Origin: Patescibacteria group bacterium
GTDB lineage: Bacteria > Patescibacteriota > Patescibacteriia > Magasanikbacterales > GWA2-37-8
Assembly: GCA_041661385.1 (NCBI GenBank)
Contig: JBAZUP010000001.1
Coordinates: 576,907-640,906 of the forward strand
Length of the DNA stretch: 64,000 nucleotides
Direction: 5' to 3'
Shown: positions 47,294 to 57,305 of the stretch, piece after piece
How positions within the stretch are numbered: position 1 is the stretch's first letter
Layout: each line of letters opens with the position of its first letter
Program-made: the position numbers and the translations under genes
Notes under the pieces: model-generated
The model's input: only the letters and a program-made list of their open reading frames with translations
Database searches by the model: none
Told to the model about the DNA's origin: nothing

Positions 47294-49090
47294 TTATATA
47301 CTTCTATACAGAACCACTGTTGAACTTGATTGGCCGCTAACATCGACAGAGGAAGACGTCGTATCATAACCAACTGCCGAAACATCTAAGGTATAAGTTC
47401 CGGAAGATATTCCGCTATAAAATACCTGTCCGGGCGGGGTACAACCACTTGTAAAGGTCATAGCAAAATCGGAAAAAATCGGCGTAAAATTCTGATCAGC
47501 AGTGCTAAGAAAAACCTTATACCTAAAATATCGATAGGTTTGTCCGCCAGTATTAACGGTCGTAGTTACACTCGAATAATAAGTAGACGCTGTGCCGTCT
47601 GGACCGACAAAATTATTTATCGCCGGGTCAGTACTGCTGTTACTCATCGCTAATTGCAACAATATCGAATCGCTTCCGGTTTCGATCGGCTGAGATTCTG
47701 AAGTATATAAAACATTTAACAAATTAACTTTTTTACCAATATCAAAAATAGCGGATTCAAGATAACCGCCCCCTACATATTGACCCGCGAACTTAGCTAA
47801 AGAAATATTTCCGGGTGAAGTAAGAGTGTCAATCATTGAGTCGCCCGCATATATATTTGGAAATGATTCGGAATAATTTTCTGAACTAATCCCTCCTGAC
47901 CAATCAGTTTGTGACAAATTTCCATAATTTGTTTTTAAAGTTCCATTAAATCCGGCTTTACTCAATTTAACAGTCGCATCTGATAGCGGTAAATTATTAC
48001 TATTATCTAATACTTTTACTAAAAGTGAGTTTGAAACATGCGGCGACAAAACCAACGTTAAATCTTGGTGGCCGCCCGCAACAATTTCAATTGGCGTAAT
48101 TGGAATCGAGCCGGCCAAATCGTGGCCTCCTAAAACTGAAAAATTATATAAATCAAACTCCAAATCATTTACGTTCAAACTTCCATCCGCTCCGGTTTGT
48201 AAATTTTGCGAATATTTATACACTCCCGGTGTTCCAATTAATTTATTTCCATTCATTACAAAAGATGTGCTCCCGACCGGTTCACAAGATTCATTAATGG
48301 TATGAACGGTTAAAGAACTTAGTTGATCAATTGAAAAAAAAGTATCAGAAATTTGTTGAGTTGAAACCGTTATTGGCAGCTTGGTGGGGTTTGGATTAAG
48401 AGTACTTGTAGCGGAAGTATAATCGCTTGAAAAGCCTTGTTTATCCACAGTAATACTGTAAGCCATCGTACCAGTTGGAGTATCAATAACGCGCAAATAC
48501 CCATCTTTATCCGTGACATCATCAATAACGATATTCGGATCCGTCTTGGTGTTAACGAGGTGAACTTTAGCATCGGCCACCGGATTATTATGAGAATCAG
48601 TTACATAAATAAATATCGCGCCATTTACAGAATTACCTTCCAAATCTTTTGGTGGAATTATTGTGCTTACAGTTGCCTCAGTCGGGTGCTGGCAACTTAT
48701 GCAAGCAGCCGTAATTTCAACCAACTTATAGTCGGCCGGCGCGAGGTCGTTTGGAGTCCCGCCGAGCGTTCCGTCAAATGGATCATCAATACTTCTAACC
48801 ACGATAGTTACTAAAAATGGAATACCGTTTCGATAAGTTGTTGTAGTGTGAGGAAGCACGCCAACCGGCAATCCATTTATAATACCAACATTATTAAAAG
48901 AAAGATTGCGAGCAACCTCTAAATATTCATCAAGCAAGGCGGTTTCAATAATATTGATACGCGATTTATAAACCGCTTTTATTACCATTTGAAAGGCGCC
49001 ATAAACTCCAACTGCAAACAACGCAAAAACAGCGGTCGATACAATGACTTCAATTAGAGTAAAGCCTGCGCTCCCTTTTAAATTTTTCAT
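47294..49090 (-). CDS. Prepilin-type protein with carboxypeptidase-regulatory-like domains (PilV-like)
   Basis: G|FTLIEV; DDPFDG..PADYK; beta-sandwich repeats. Confidence 0.8.
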   Translation of the reverse strand: MKNLKGSAGFTLIEVIVSTAVFALFAVGVYGAFQMVIKAVYKSRINIIETALLDEYLEVARNLSFNNVGIINGLPVGVLPHTTTTYRNGIPFLVTIVVRSIDDPFDGTLGGTPNDLAPADYKLVEITAACISCQHPTEATVSTIIPPKDLEGNSVNGAIFIYVTDSHNNPVADAKVHLVNTKTDPNIVIDDVTDKDGYLRVIDTPTGTMAYSITVDKQGFSSDYTSATSTLNPNPTKLPITVSTQQISDTFFSIDQLSSLTVHTINESCEPVGSTSFVMNGNKLIGTPGVYKYSQNLQTGADGSLNVNDLEFDLYNFSVLGGHDLAGSIPITPIEIVAGGHQDLTLVLSPHVSNSLLVKVLDNSNNLPLSDATVKLSKAGFNGTLKTNYGNLSQTDWSGGISSENYSESFPNIYAGDSMIDTLTSPGNISLAKFAGQYVGGGYLESAIFDIGKKVNLLNVLYTSESQPIETGSDSILLQLAMSNSSTDPAINNFVGPDGTASTYYSSVTTTVNTGGQTYRYFRYKVFLSTADQNFTPIFSDFAMTFTSGCTPPGQVFYSGISSGTYTLDVSAVGYDTTSSSVDVSGQSSSTVVLYRSI

Positions 49091-49178
49091 GGCGGTATTA
49101 TACCACAAATTACTTTCCCCTTACACCTCGTGACCCTTGATTTAGGTTGTTTTTCGTGCTATCATGCTTGTACTTTTC

Positions 49179-49260
49179 GCCCGGGTGGTGAAATTGGTAG
49201 ACACAAGAGACTTAAAATCTCTCGCCGCAAGGCATACCGGTTCGATTCCGGTCCCGGGCA
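49179..49260 (+). tRNA. tRNA-Leu(TAA)
   Basis: GCCCGGG/CCCGGGC acceptor, GAGA-CT-TAA-AA-TCTC, variable arm. Confidence 0.93.
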
Positions 49261-49262
49261 CA

Positions 49263-49443
49263 TAATAAACACGGCCAGCATATGAAGCTGGCCGTGTTTA
49301 TTACATATTGGTCGGAATCGAACGGAAAGGGTTTGGGAAAACTGCTCGGCAGTTTACCCGCTATTGCCGGGGTGAGCCCACGAGAGGGCGGAAGTCATTT
49401 CGTGGGAGCGAGTGAAACGAGCGACGTTTGATTCCTCCCGGGC
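49263..49443 (+). repeat. tRNA-tail element, divergent copy 3 (after tRNA-Leu)
   Basis: Hairpin 49263-49303, antisense T-arm 49310-49323, two-hairpin core, degenerate tRNA 3' copy 49426-49443. Confidence 0.72.
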
Positions 49444-49450
49444 TAACTCA

Positions 49451-50269
49451 CTAAGTCTCAATTTCCAAAACGAGAGGTAAATGGTCGGAAATATTAAGGT
49501 TCGGCGCCTCAAAGCTTTTCACGGTTATTTCCGGTGAAACGAAGACAAAATCCGCATAATATTGTTTCACCCGATTCGGATATTGAGAGTGATTAAGAGC
49601 GCTTCTAGTGCTCTTAATTTTGTAATCTGTTATTAAATTTTTTAAACCTGACTCTTCAATAATTTTTACACTTTTTGTTCCCGGCATCAGATTAAAATCT
49701 CCTCCCAATATTTTCAACCCAGGTTGATTTTTTAAAACTTTACAGATATTTTTAGACTGACTAAGCCGGTCCTTAGTATCAAGTTTTTCTCCCGGATGGC
49801 TAATACCGTGGAAATTGTTCATCCAGATTTTTTTACCATTTATATTTACACAAAAAAATTGGATGATTCTTTCATATTCTTCCGGGTCGTCAGCGGCACC
49901 CTTATTTACATCCGCAACACCTGCTTTTTCTACCGTAATTCCTTTTTTTACAAAATAAGCGAGCCCCATCGGAAAAATTTTTCCGTCTTCTGTTTTTAAA
50001 TAGCTTGATCCGTCAAATTTTCCTTCAAAGCCAGGCAACATTGTTTTTAATTGTGAAAATGAATTCGAAGAACCTTCACCAACCAATTGTTCGAATTCTT
50101 TTCCTACTGGTCTTAAACCCTCGAGCCCGCCAAAACTTAAGTTGGCCTCCCCATCGGAAACCTCAGAAAAACAAAAAATATCCGTGCTAACCGAATTCTC
50201 GATTACGTATTCGCGGAAAAGTTTTTCTACCTTTCCAAACCAGGTATTTAGGTAAATTATTTTTAACAT
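49451..50269 (-). CDS. Endonuclease/exonuclease/phosphatase family protein
   Basis: YLN, DIFCFSEV, GGDFN, SDHLPL. Confidence 0.88.
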   Translation of the reverse strand: MLKIIYLNTWFGKVEKLFREYVIENSVSTDIFCFSEVSDGEANLSFGGLEGLRPVGKEFEQLVGEGSSNSFSQLKTMLPGFEGKFDGSSYLKTEDGKIFPMGLAYFVKKGITVEKAGVADVNKGAADDPEEYERIIQFFCVNINGKKIWMNNFHGISHPGEKLDTKDRLSQSKNICKVLKNQPGLKILGGDFNLMPGTKSVKIIEESGLKNLITDYKIKSTRSALNHSQYPNRVKQYYADFVFVSPEITVKSFEAPNLNISDHLPLVLEIET

Positions 50270-50338
50270 AAATTTTTACACCTGGACTAGTATATAGAAT
50301 ATTGAGAAAAATATCAAAACCTGCTAGAATCCCCGCAT

Positions 50339-51370
50339 ATGATAGAAGAAAAAATGGATGAAGACCGACTCGTTGAACCTCACGCTGAAAAGGATGAAGT
50401 GGTTTTAGATTTAACCTTGCGCCCCCAGCATTTGGCCGATTTTGTTGGCCAAGAACAACTTAAACAAAATCTGCTTATTTCTATTCAAGCGGCTAAAAAG
50501 CGCAATGAAACCCTAGAACATGTGATGCTTGCCGGTAACCCCGGGCTCGGTAAAACCACTCTCGCAAATATCATTGCCCGTGAAATGGGATCCTCCATTA
50601 AAACCACTTCGGGCCCGGCTCTCGAAAAAGTTGGAGACCTTGCCGCTATTCTTTCCAATCTGCAAACTGGCGAAGTTTTATTTATCGATGAAATTCATCG
50701 AATGAATAAATCGATTGAAGAAGTACTTTATCCGGCTCTCGAAGATTACTCACTTGATATTATTCTCGGCAAAGGTCCGGCCGCTCGCACTATTCGATTA
50801 CCTTTAAATAAATTTACTTTGATTGGAGCTACCACTAAACTTGGTATGATTTCTAATCCGCTTCGCGATCGCTTCGGCCACACTTTCCACCTCAATTTTT
50901 ATGAACCTTCCGATATTGAAAAAATTATCAAACGCAATGCCGCGATTCTTGGAGTTTCTATTGATGAAGAATCTACCAAACTAATTTCTTCCCGCGCCCG
51001 CCGTACCCCCCGCATCGCCAACCGTCTTCTAAAACGCATCCGCGATGTTGCCGAAGTAAATGGCGATGGAAAAATTGATACCAAAATAACCAATACTTCT
51101 TTTGCCATGCTTGGCATTGATGAGTTTGGCTTAGACGATATCGATCGCCGTTTGCTTACGGCCGTAATCGAAAAGTTTTCGGGCGGACCGGTCGGACTAA
51201 ACACCATTGCCGCCTCGATTGCCGAGGAAATGGATGCGATTGAAACTATTTACGAACCCTACCTAATGCAAATGGGATTTTTAGAACGCACTCCGCGCGG
51301 TCGAAAAGCCACCACCCTCGCCTACACCCATCTCGGTTTCCCAACTCCCAAAGTTCAAACCTTATTATAA
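50339..51370 (+). CDS. ruvB: Holliday junction branch migration helicase RuvB
   Basis: LRP..FVGQ, GNPGLGKTT, FIDEIHR, GGPVG, RTPRGR. Confidence 0.97.
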   Translation: MIEEKMDEDRLVEPHAEKDEVVLDLTLRPQHLADFVGQEQLKQNLLISIQAAKKRNETLEHVMLAGNPGLGKTTLANIIAREMGSSIKTTSGPALEKVGDLAAILSNLQTGEVLFIDEIHRMNKSIEEVLYPALEDYSLDIILGKGPAARTIRLPLNKFTLIGATTKLGMISNPLRDRFGHTFHLNFYEPSDIEKIIKRNAAILGVSIDEESTKLISSRARRTPRIANRLLKRIRDVAEVNGDGKIDTKITNTSFAMLGIDEFGLDDIDRRLLTAVIEKFSGGPVGLNTIAASIAEEMDAIETIYEPYLMQMGFLERTPRGRKATTLAYTHLGFPTPKVQTLL

Positions 51371-51373
51371 ACT

Positions 51374-51400
51374 AAAACCCCGACTTTACGTCGGGGTTTT
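51374..51400. terminator. Bidirectional terminator
   Basis: aaaaccccgac-ttta-cgtcggggtttt. Confidence 0.7.
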
Positions 51401-54234
51401 TATTTTACAATTACTTGCAAAGTACGCTCTTCAACTCTTCCATCCTTATCCTTCATCAGTCCGCGCAACCGATAGTTGCCGGCACTCGGAACTTTTTTCC
51501 AAATGAAGAATGTTTTTCCGTCCGCGTATGGATCATTATGATTAATAGTATAAATTAGTCTTTCATTTTGTCCGTCGGTACTTAAATAAACCTGAATATT
51601 TTCAATCATATCCCAGCGATACGGAGTCACACTAAACGGCCGCGGAAACTCGGCAACAGTAAGAGAAAGCGGTGTTGCGTCCGTCCATTCAAAACTAGCC
51701 GGATCAGGCGCTACATTAAGTAAAAATATAACCTCCTGCGATGTACTGTTTCCTTGGTCGTCAGAAACAATAACCTTAAGCTTGTGTTCTCCAGCACGAT
51801 AATTTGTAAGTTGAAGTGTAGTATCAAACGGATACGAATTTATTGTAGCAAGCGTAGTACCATCTACCATGTAAGCCACCTCCGACACCCCCCGCGGAGC
51901 GCTTACCTTAATTACGACCGGCATTTCTCGCGATGAAATCGCCTGCGATGGCAAAGGATTATAAATAGATAGGGTCGGAGCAAATTCATTAGTTTGAATA
52001 TTGTCATATTCGGTCGGTGGTTCTGAAAAAGAAATTGCCGTACCCGATGTTGATTGTCGCATGGCCCATTCTTGAACACCTTGTTCCCAAGCTTCATACT
52101 GCGGATCATCAGCTGGATTTGTCGGTGCCGGCCCTCTCGGATCATCTTTGTTTACATAATGCAAAATATCGTGCGGCAAAACAAATGTTTTCATGACGAT
52201 TAAATTTTCCGGTGTTGTTGATACGGCGATGCGACCGGTCATACTATCAATTGGCAAAGTCACTCCACCATCACTGCCTCGAAGTACCGGTTTGGTCGCG
52301 TCATTAATTGGCGGTTCTGGAAACCTTTCGGGAGTTGTTGATGCCAAAGCTTTTTTCATAAATTGATTCCAAATTGTACCGGCAAGCAAACTTCCACCGC
52401 CAAGCATCGGCGAAGGTTTTGTGTTTCCAACCCAAACACCGACCGCGAGTGTCGGCACATAGCCCATTGTCCAGGCATCTTTATTATCTTGAGTCGTACC
52501 AGTTTTTGCAGCGACCGGCCGGTCTCCCAAAACTAAAGTGCTGTTCGCGCCAAAAACATATTTCCTAGCTTCATTGTCAGAGAGAACACTACTAATCAAA
52601 GCGGCAAGTTCCGGCTTTACAGCCTCGGTACCCGGATCTTCTGTCCATTTATATAAAGTATTATTTTGATAATCAGTTACCTCTAAAATACTAACCGGCG
52701 CATGATAGACACCATTGTCGGCAAGGGTGGCATAAGCATTCGTGTGCTCAAGCGGACTGACTTCAGCACCACCTAAAACCAAACTTAAACCATAATCGCC
52801 GGTAAAAGTCGTATAACCGAAACGCTTCGCAAAATCAATTGTTTCCATTGAACCAACAAGATACATTGTTTTCACCGCCGGAATATTTAATGAACCCTGC
52901 AAGGCCTTTCTGAGTGTTACTAAACCGCGTTCTTTTCCGTCATAATCTTTTGGCGTATAAGTTTTGCCGTCGCGAGAATCAAAATTTGTTTTTACATCAT
53001 ATAAAACAGTTTCCGGAGTGAACCCTTTTTCAAATGCCGCCGTATAAACAAATGGCTTAAATGATGAGCCGGGTTGGCGCCGGCCAAGTACTGCAACATT
53101 AAACTGACCGTCAATTTCTTCATTATTAAAATCACGCGATCCGACCATGGTCAGAATCTGCGACGTCTTGGGGTCGATAGCAATCAGCGCGGCATTATTC
53201 GCTTTGGCAGTTTTTACATATTTATCACCTTGCTCTTTAACAATTTTTTCCGCCATGATTTGCTTATCATAATCAAGGGTTGTAATTACCTTTAACCCGC
53301 CCGTATCAATAGTATTTTCACCAAACTGATCGGCCAATAATTTTTTTACATACAAAACAAAATGCGGCGCGTCAAAAATACCGTTATTGCGATAAATGCG
53401 GAGCGCCTGTTCTTGAGCGGCTTTTTTTTGTTCTTCATTTATATAACCCTGTTCATTCATCAGCCGCAACACCAAATCTCGGCGGTTGCGAAGTGAATTT
53501 ACATCACTAAGATAACGGCTCGGCGCTTGTATCAGCGCGGCCAAAGTCGCGGACTCCGCCAAATTTAAATCTTTAGAGCTTTTATGAAAATAACTTTGTG
53601 AAGCCGCTTCAATACCATAATTTGTAGAGCCATAGGGAATATCGTTCAAATACAATTTAATAATCTCTTCTTTGGAATATTTCTTTTCGAGCTGTAATGC
53701 CAAAATCGCTTCTTTAATTTTACGGAAGTAGCTGTGCTCATTGCCAATGATGGTATTTTTAATTAATTGCTGGGTAAGCGTTGAAGCTCCGCCGCCGCCG
53801 CTTTTTCGGCCCAAAAAATTATTAACCGCCGCCCGGATAATACTCATGATTTTTACTCCGCTATGATTGTAAAAATCTTTATCTTCAATAGCAACTGTAG
53901 CCTGAACCGCGGCCGGAGCGATTTGGTCTAACTCTACGACTGTTCGTTTTTGATTTTGGTAAACCTCATATAACAAATGCTCACCGGTGCGGTCATAAAT
54001 CTTAGTACTTTGAATTACTTGCCGGTCCTTCAAATTATTCGGGTCGGGCAAATCACGACTAACCCAAATTACGACTCCGGTACCGACGATAAAACAAATT
54101 GCTACTCCCAATAACCCAAACTTTAATAAAGTAGACAACGAAAAAACGCGCGGTTTTTTGGGCCGCTCAGGTTTACCATCCTTTACATCGCCATAGACGC
54201 GAGTATTCCGGATTTTCAATTGGGAGATCGGCAT
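51400..54234 (-). CDS. Class A penicillin-binding protein (PBP1A) with C-terminal Ig-like domain
   Basis: EDKDFY, GASTLTQQ, RK.KE, SSFK, SLN, KTGT. Confidence 0.93.
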   Translation of the reverse strand: MPISQLKIRNTRVYGDVKDGKPERPKKPRVFSLSTLLKFGLLGVAICFIVGTGVVIWVSRDLPDPNNLKDRQVIQSTKIYDRTGEHLLYEVYQNQKRTVVELDQIAPAAVQATVAIEDKDFYNHSGVKIMSIIRAAVNNFLGRKSGGGGASTLTQQLIKNTIIGNEHSYFRKIKEAILALQLEKKYSKEEIIKLYLNDIPYGSTNYGIEAASQSYFHKSSKDLNLAESATLAALIQAPSRYLSDVNSLRNRRDLVLRLMNEQGYINEEQKKAAQEQALRIYRNNGIFDAPHFVLYVKKLLADQFGENTIDTGGLKVITTLDYDKQIMAEKIVKEQGDKYVKTAKANNAALIAIDPKTSQILTMVGSRDFNNEEIDGQFNVAVLGRRQPGSSFKPFVYTAAFEKGFTPETVLYDVKTNFDSRDGKTYTPKDYDGKERGLVTLRKALQGSLNIPAVKTMYLVGSMETIDFAKRFGYTTFTGDYGLSLVLGGAEVSPLEHTNAYATLADNGVYHAPVSILEVTDYQNNTLYKWTEDPGTEAVKPELAALISSVLSDNEARKYVFGANSTLVLGDRPVAAKTGTTQDNKDAWTMGYVPTLAVGVWVGNTKPSPMLGGGSLLAGTIWNQFMKKALASTTPERFPEPPINDATKPVLRGSDGGVTLPIDSMTGRIAVSTTPENLIVMKTFVLPHDILHYVNKDDPRGPAPTNPADDPQYEAWEQGVQEWAMRQSTSGTAISFSEPPTEYDNIQTNEFAPTLSIYNPLPSQAISSREMPVVIKVSAPRGVSEVAYMVDGTTLATINSYPFDTTLQLTNYRAGEHKLKVIVSDDQGNSTSQEVIFLLNVAPDPASFEWTDATPLSLTVAEFPRPFSVTPYRWDMIENIQVYLSTDGQNERLIYTINHNDPYADGKTFFIWKKVPSAGNYRLRGLMKDKDGRVEERTLQVIVK

Positions 54235-54476
54235 AAATTAAAATTTCCAAACCCCAATTTCCAATTACCAATTATTCGATTGACTTTGGTTATTGGGGAT
54301 TGGGGATTGGTCATTGGGATTTAACATTTCATAAGTATACTCTACCCTTTTTGTCTTGACAATTCCACCCCTCCTTGATATACTCAGCCAGTTCAAATAC
54401 CCCATCAGGTATTTTTTCATTCCGGTGGAAAACGTAAATTTTTGGCTAATTTCAGCCAAACGTTAAAAATTAAATT

Positions 54477-54989
54477 GTGAATCCAAATCTAACTCAAAAC
54501 AATTATTCTCGCTTAAAAAATACCCTCAATTTAATCGCCGGGGCGATGTTGGTGTTCAATTTTTTGAATCCACACCTTGCTACCGCCCAAATTACTCAAG
54601 CTTCCGAAGTTCTTGAACCAACTATTAGCATAGAACCGGGCAGCCGTCTAAATCGACAAGCTGTGAAACCGAGAATTATTAAGGGCGTGATTACCGCTTA
54701 TACTTCTACCGCCGACCAAACCGATTCCAACCCTTTAATTACCGCTTCCGGAAAAAAAGTAAATGAATATACTATTGCGGGAAATGGCTTGCCGTTTGGT
54801 ACCGTCATAAAAATCCCTTCTTTATTTGGAGATAAGAAATTTATCGTAACCGATCGCATGAACAGTCGCTATGGATTCGGCCGGTTCGATATCTGGCTCA
54901 ACGCTTCCCGGGCTGAAGCACTAAAATTTGGCGTTAAAAAAGTCACCATAGAAATTTATTATCAAGAAACAGAACTAGCAGTAAAATAA
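54477..54989 (+). CDS. 3D-domain cell-wall protein
   Basis: TAYTS..QTDSNP.ITASG, LPFGT, VTDRM, FDIW; promoter TTGACA-16-TATACT at 54356-54383. Confidence 0.85.
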   Translation: MNPNLTQNNYSRLKNTLNLIAGAMLVFNFLNPHLATAQITQASEVLEPTISIEPGSRLNRQAVKPRIIKGVITAYTSTADQTDSNPLITASGKKVNEYTIAGNGLPFGTVIKIPSLFGDKKFIVTDRMNSRYGFGRFDIWLNASRAEALKFGVKKVTIEIYYQETELAVK

Positions 54990-55030
54990 TTATTAGAAAA
55001 ACCGCCTTAAATGGCGGTTTTTTATTTAAA

Positions 55031-55381
55031 TTATTGAGGAAGAAACGCCCTAATCACTGTTTGAACAATACTATAAGAAAGAAATATTACGATCAATCCA
55101 ATAATTCCGTTCAACAACGTCTTTTTCGCTTTTTGAATATTTTCTTCCTTGCCGCCGGAAAATAAAAATGCTGCGCCGGCCTGAAGAATCACGAGCAAAA
55201 AAATTATTCCCACAAACCCAAGTGCGGTGCGGATTAATCTCGCGACGGTCATAATAATATCCGTATTAGCGAGACCGATAATATCCGCGGCATTATTCGC
55301 GCCTTTTTGTATAGCTGTCGCCCCATGGGCGGCATTTATTTTTTCCGTTGCCGTTACTACTGTTGAAGTTGTATCAATCAT
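55031..55381 (-). CDS. TrbC/VirB2-like pilin
   Basis: FLFSGGKEENIQKAKK between two TM helices. Confidence 0.7.
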   Translation of the reverse strand: MIDTTSTVVTATEKINAAHGATAIQKGANNAADIIGLANTDIIMTVARLIRTALGFVGIIFLLVILQAGAAFLFSGGKEENIQKAKKTLLNGIIGLIVIFLSYSIVQTVIRAFLPQ

Positions 55382-55443
55382 ATCTACTCACCTTAGCGCA
55401 TAACTAAGAATTATTCAAGACTTAATAATTATTAAAAAAATAA

Positions 55444-55470
55444 GGGCGCGACCTAATATCGGTCGCGCCC
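55444..55470 (-). terminator. Intrinsic terminator of small Zn-finger ORF
   Basis: gggcgcgacc-loop-ggtcgcgccc followed on the minus strand by TTATTTTTTT. Confidence 0.7.
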
Positions 55471-55485
55471 GGGTGCTGAATGTCT

Positions 55486-55656
55486 TCAGCGCTGTGCGGC
55501 GTTGCCTTGCGGCAACAGACAGTGGTTGTAAACTTCCAGGAATTCGAAGCCGTTCCGATTGAACACCCGCCCGCAAATCGGACACTGCATGTGGTTGCCT
55601 CCCGGATCACGGAAGGTGTGATTGCACGGAAGACTGATCAAACGCCGCTCCTCCAT
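55486..55656 (-). CDS. Small Cys/His zinc-finger-like protein (56 aa)
   Basis: Own translation MEERRLISLPCNHTFRDPGGNHMQCPICGRVFNRNGFEFLEVYNHCLLPQGNAAQR; SD AAAGGAGAGG; terminator downstream. Confidence 0.65.
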   Translation of the reverse strand: MEERRLISLPCNHTFRDPGGNHMQCPICGRVFNRNGFEFLEVYNHCLLPQGNAAQR

Positions 55657-55733
55657 TTACCTCTCCTTTCGGGACCGGCATGGTCCAGACATTTCAACAC
55701 CCTAGCATTATTTTGAAGATATTTCAAGTCTTA

Positions 55734-57245
55734 TTAATCCGCCTTCGCCCTAAACTGCAAAGCCTCGGCTAGATGTTCAATTTTTATATCTTGTGAACCA
55801 GCGAGGTCCGCAATCGTCCGGCTTAATTTCAAAACCCGGTTATATCCGCGCGCCGACAAATGTAATTTCTCAACCGCCCCCCGAAGCAATTCAATCGATG
55901 CCTCGTCTAATTTACAAAATTCTTTTATTTCCTTATTCCCCATTTCACTATTGGTCCTCACATCTTTTCCTTTAAATCTTCCGTTTTGAATTTCTCGCGC
56001 CGCCTCTACTCTTTCCCGTACCTTGGCCGAGCCTTCTGCCAAATTTTCAGTTGAAAGTTTTTCAAACTGCACCCGCGGTACTTCTACATGCAAATCAATC
56101 CGGTCTAAGAGTGGCCCGCTAATTTTTTTCTGGTAACGGTCGAGCTGGCTCTGTGAACAAACGCACGGCTGGGTCGGATCGCTTTTGAATCCGCACGGAC
56201 AAGGGTTTTGGCTCGCAACCAAAATAAATCGCGCCGGAAAAGTCCAAGTGCCATTCGCACGCGACACCGTCACAATCCCGTCTTCCAGCGGTTGGCGCAA
56301 ACTTTCAATTACAAATCTTGGAAACTCGGGGAACTCATCGAGAAACAAAACGCCACGATGTGCCATAGAAATTTCTCCCGGCCTGGGAATCCGTCCCCCA
56401 CCGACCAAAGCCACTCCCGATGCCGTGTGGTGCGGAGCGCGAAAAGGCCGCTCGCTCACATATGATGATTCCAAAAGTCCGGCAACGGAATATATTTTAG
56501 TTACTTCCAAAATTTCCTCATTAGTCAAACGAGGAAGGATAGACGGCAAGGTTCTAGCAAGTAATGTTTTTCCAGATCCCGGCGGCCCGCTCATCAAAAT
56601 ATTATGACTGCCGCTCGCCGCAATTTCGAGCGCGCGCTTTGCGAACTCCTGTCCTTTTACATAGGCAAGATCAGCGGCATATTCTTCGTTCGAAAAAAGA
56701 ATTTTCGTTTCCGGAGTATAAGGAACAATCTGTTCAACACCGGATAAATGATTCATCAGTTGTCGTAAATTTTTTACCGGATAAATCGTGAGTTCACCGA
56801 CCAGGGCTGCTTCTGGCGCATCCTGTTCCGGAACAAAAAAATGTATAAACCCGCTTTCACGAGCGTACAATGCAAGTGATAACACCCCGGAAACATGCCG
56901 CACTTGCCCGTCCAATGATAACTCACCCACAATCATTGTTTCCTCAAGATTAAGCTTGATTTCTTCGGCGAGCGACACAATGCCGGCCGCCATTGCCAAG
57001 TCATAAATCGCACCTACCTTTGGCGTATCGGCAGGCGCGAGGTTAACCAAAATTCGAAAATTAAACGGATAAGAATAGTCCGAATTTTTCAAAGCAGCAT
57101 AAAGCCGGTCCTTTGCTTCTTTTATCGACGGGTCCGGCAGTCCGACTATATTAAAATTTGTTTGCCCCTTATGGATATCCACTTCCACCGTTACCGGCAC
57201 GCAATTCAAACCGATCACTGTCGCGGAAGCAAATTTAATAAACAT
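55734..57245 (-). CDS. YifB/ComM Mg-chelatase-like AAA+ ATPase
   Basis: IVGLPD, NLAPAD, GPPGSGKT, PFRAPHH, LFLDEFPEF, LSARG. Confidence 0.93.
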   Translation of the reverse strand: MFIKFASATVIGLNCVPVTVEVDIHKGQTNFNIVGLPDPSIKEAKDRLYAALKNSDYSYPFNFRILVNLAPADTPKVGAIYDLAMAAGIVSLAEEIKLNLEETMIVGELSLDGQVRHVSGVLSLALYARESGFIHFFVPEQDAPEAALVGELTIYPVKNLRQLMNHLSGVEQIVPYTPETKILFSNEEYAADLAYVKGQEFAKRALEIAASGSHNILMSGPPGSGKTLLARTLPSILPRLTNEEILEVTKIYSVAGLLESSYVSERPFRAPHHTASGVALVGGGRIPRPGEISMAHRGVLFLDEFPEFPRFVIESLRQPLEDGIVTVSRANGTWTFPARFILVASQNPCPCGFKSDPTQPCVCSQSQLDRYQKKISGPLLDRIDLHVEVPRVQFEKLSTENLAEGSAKVRERVEAAREIQNGRFKGKDVRTNSEMGNKEIKEFCKLDEASIELLRGAVEKLHLSARGYNRVLKLSRTIADLAGSQDIKIEHLAEALQFRAKAD

Positions 57246-57305
57246 AAATCTATTAATTAAAAAACGAGAACATTTCAGCTCTCGTTTAGTTCAAAGTATT
57301 ATTTT

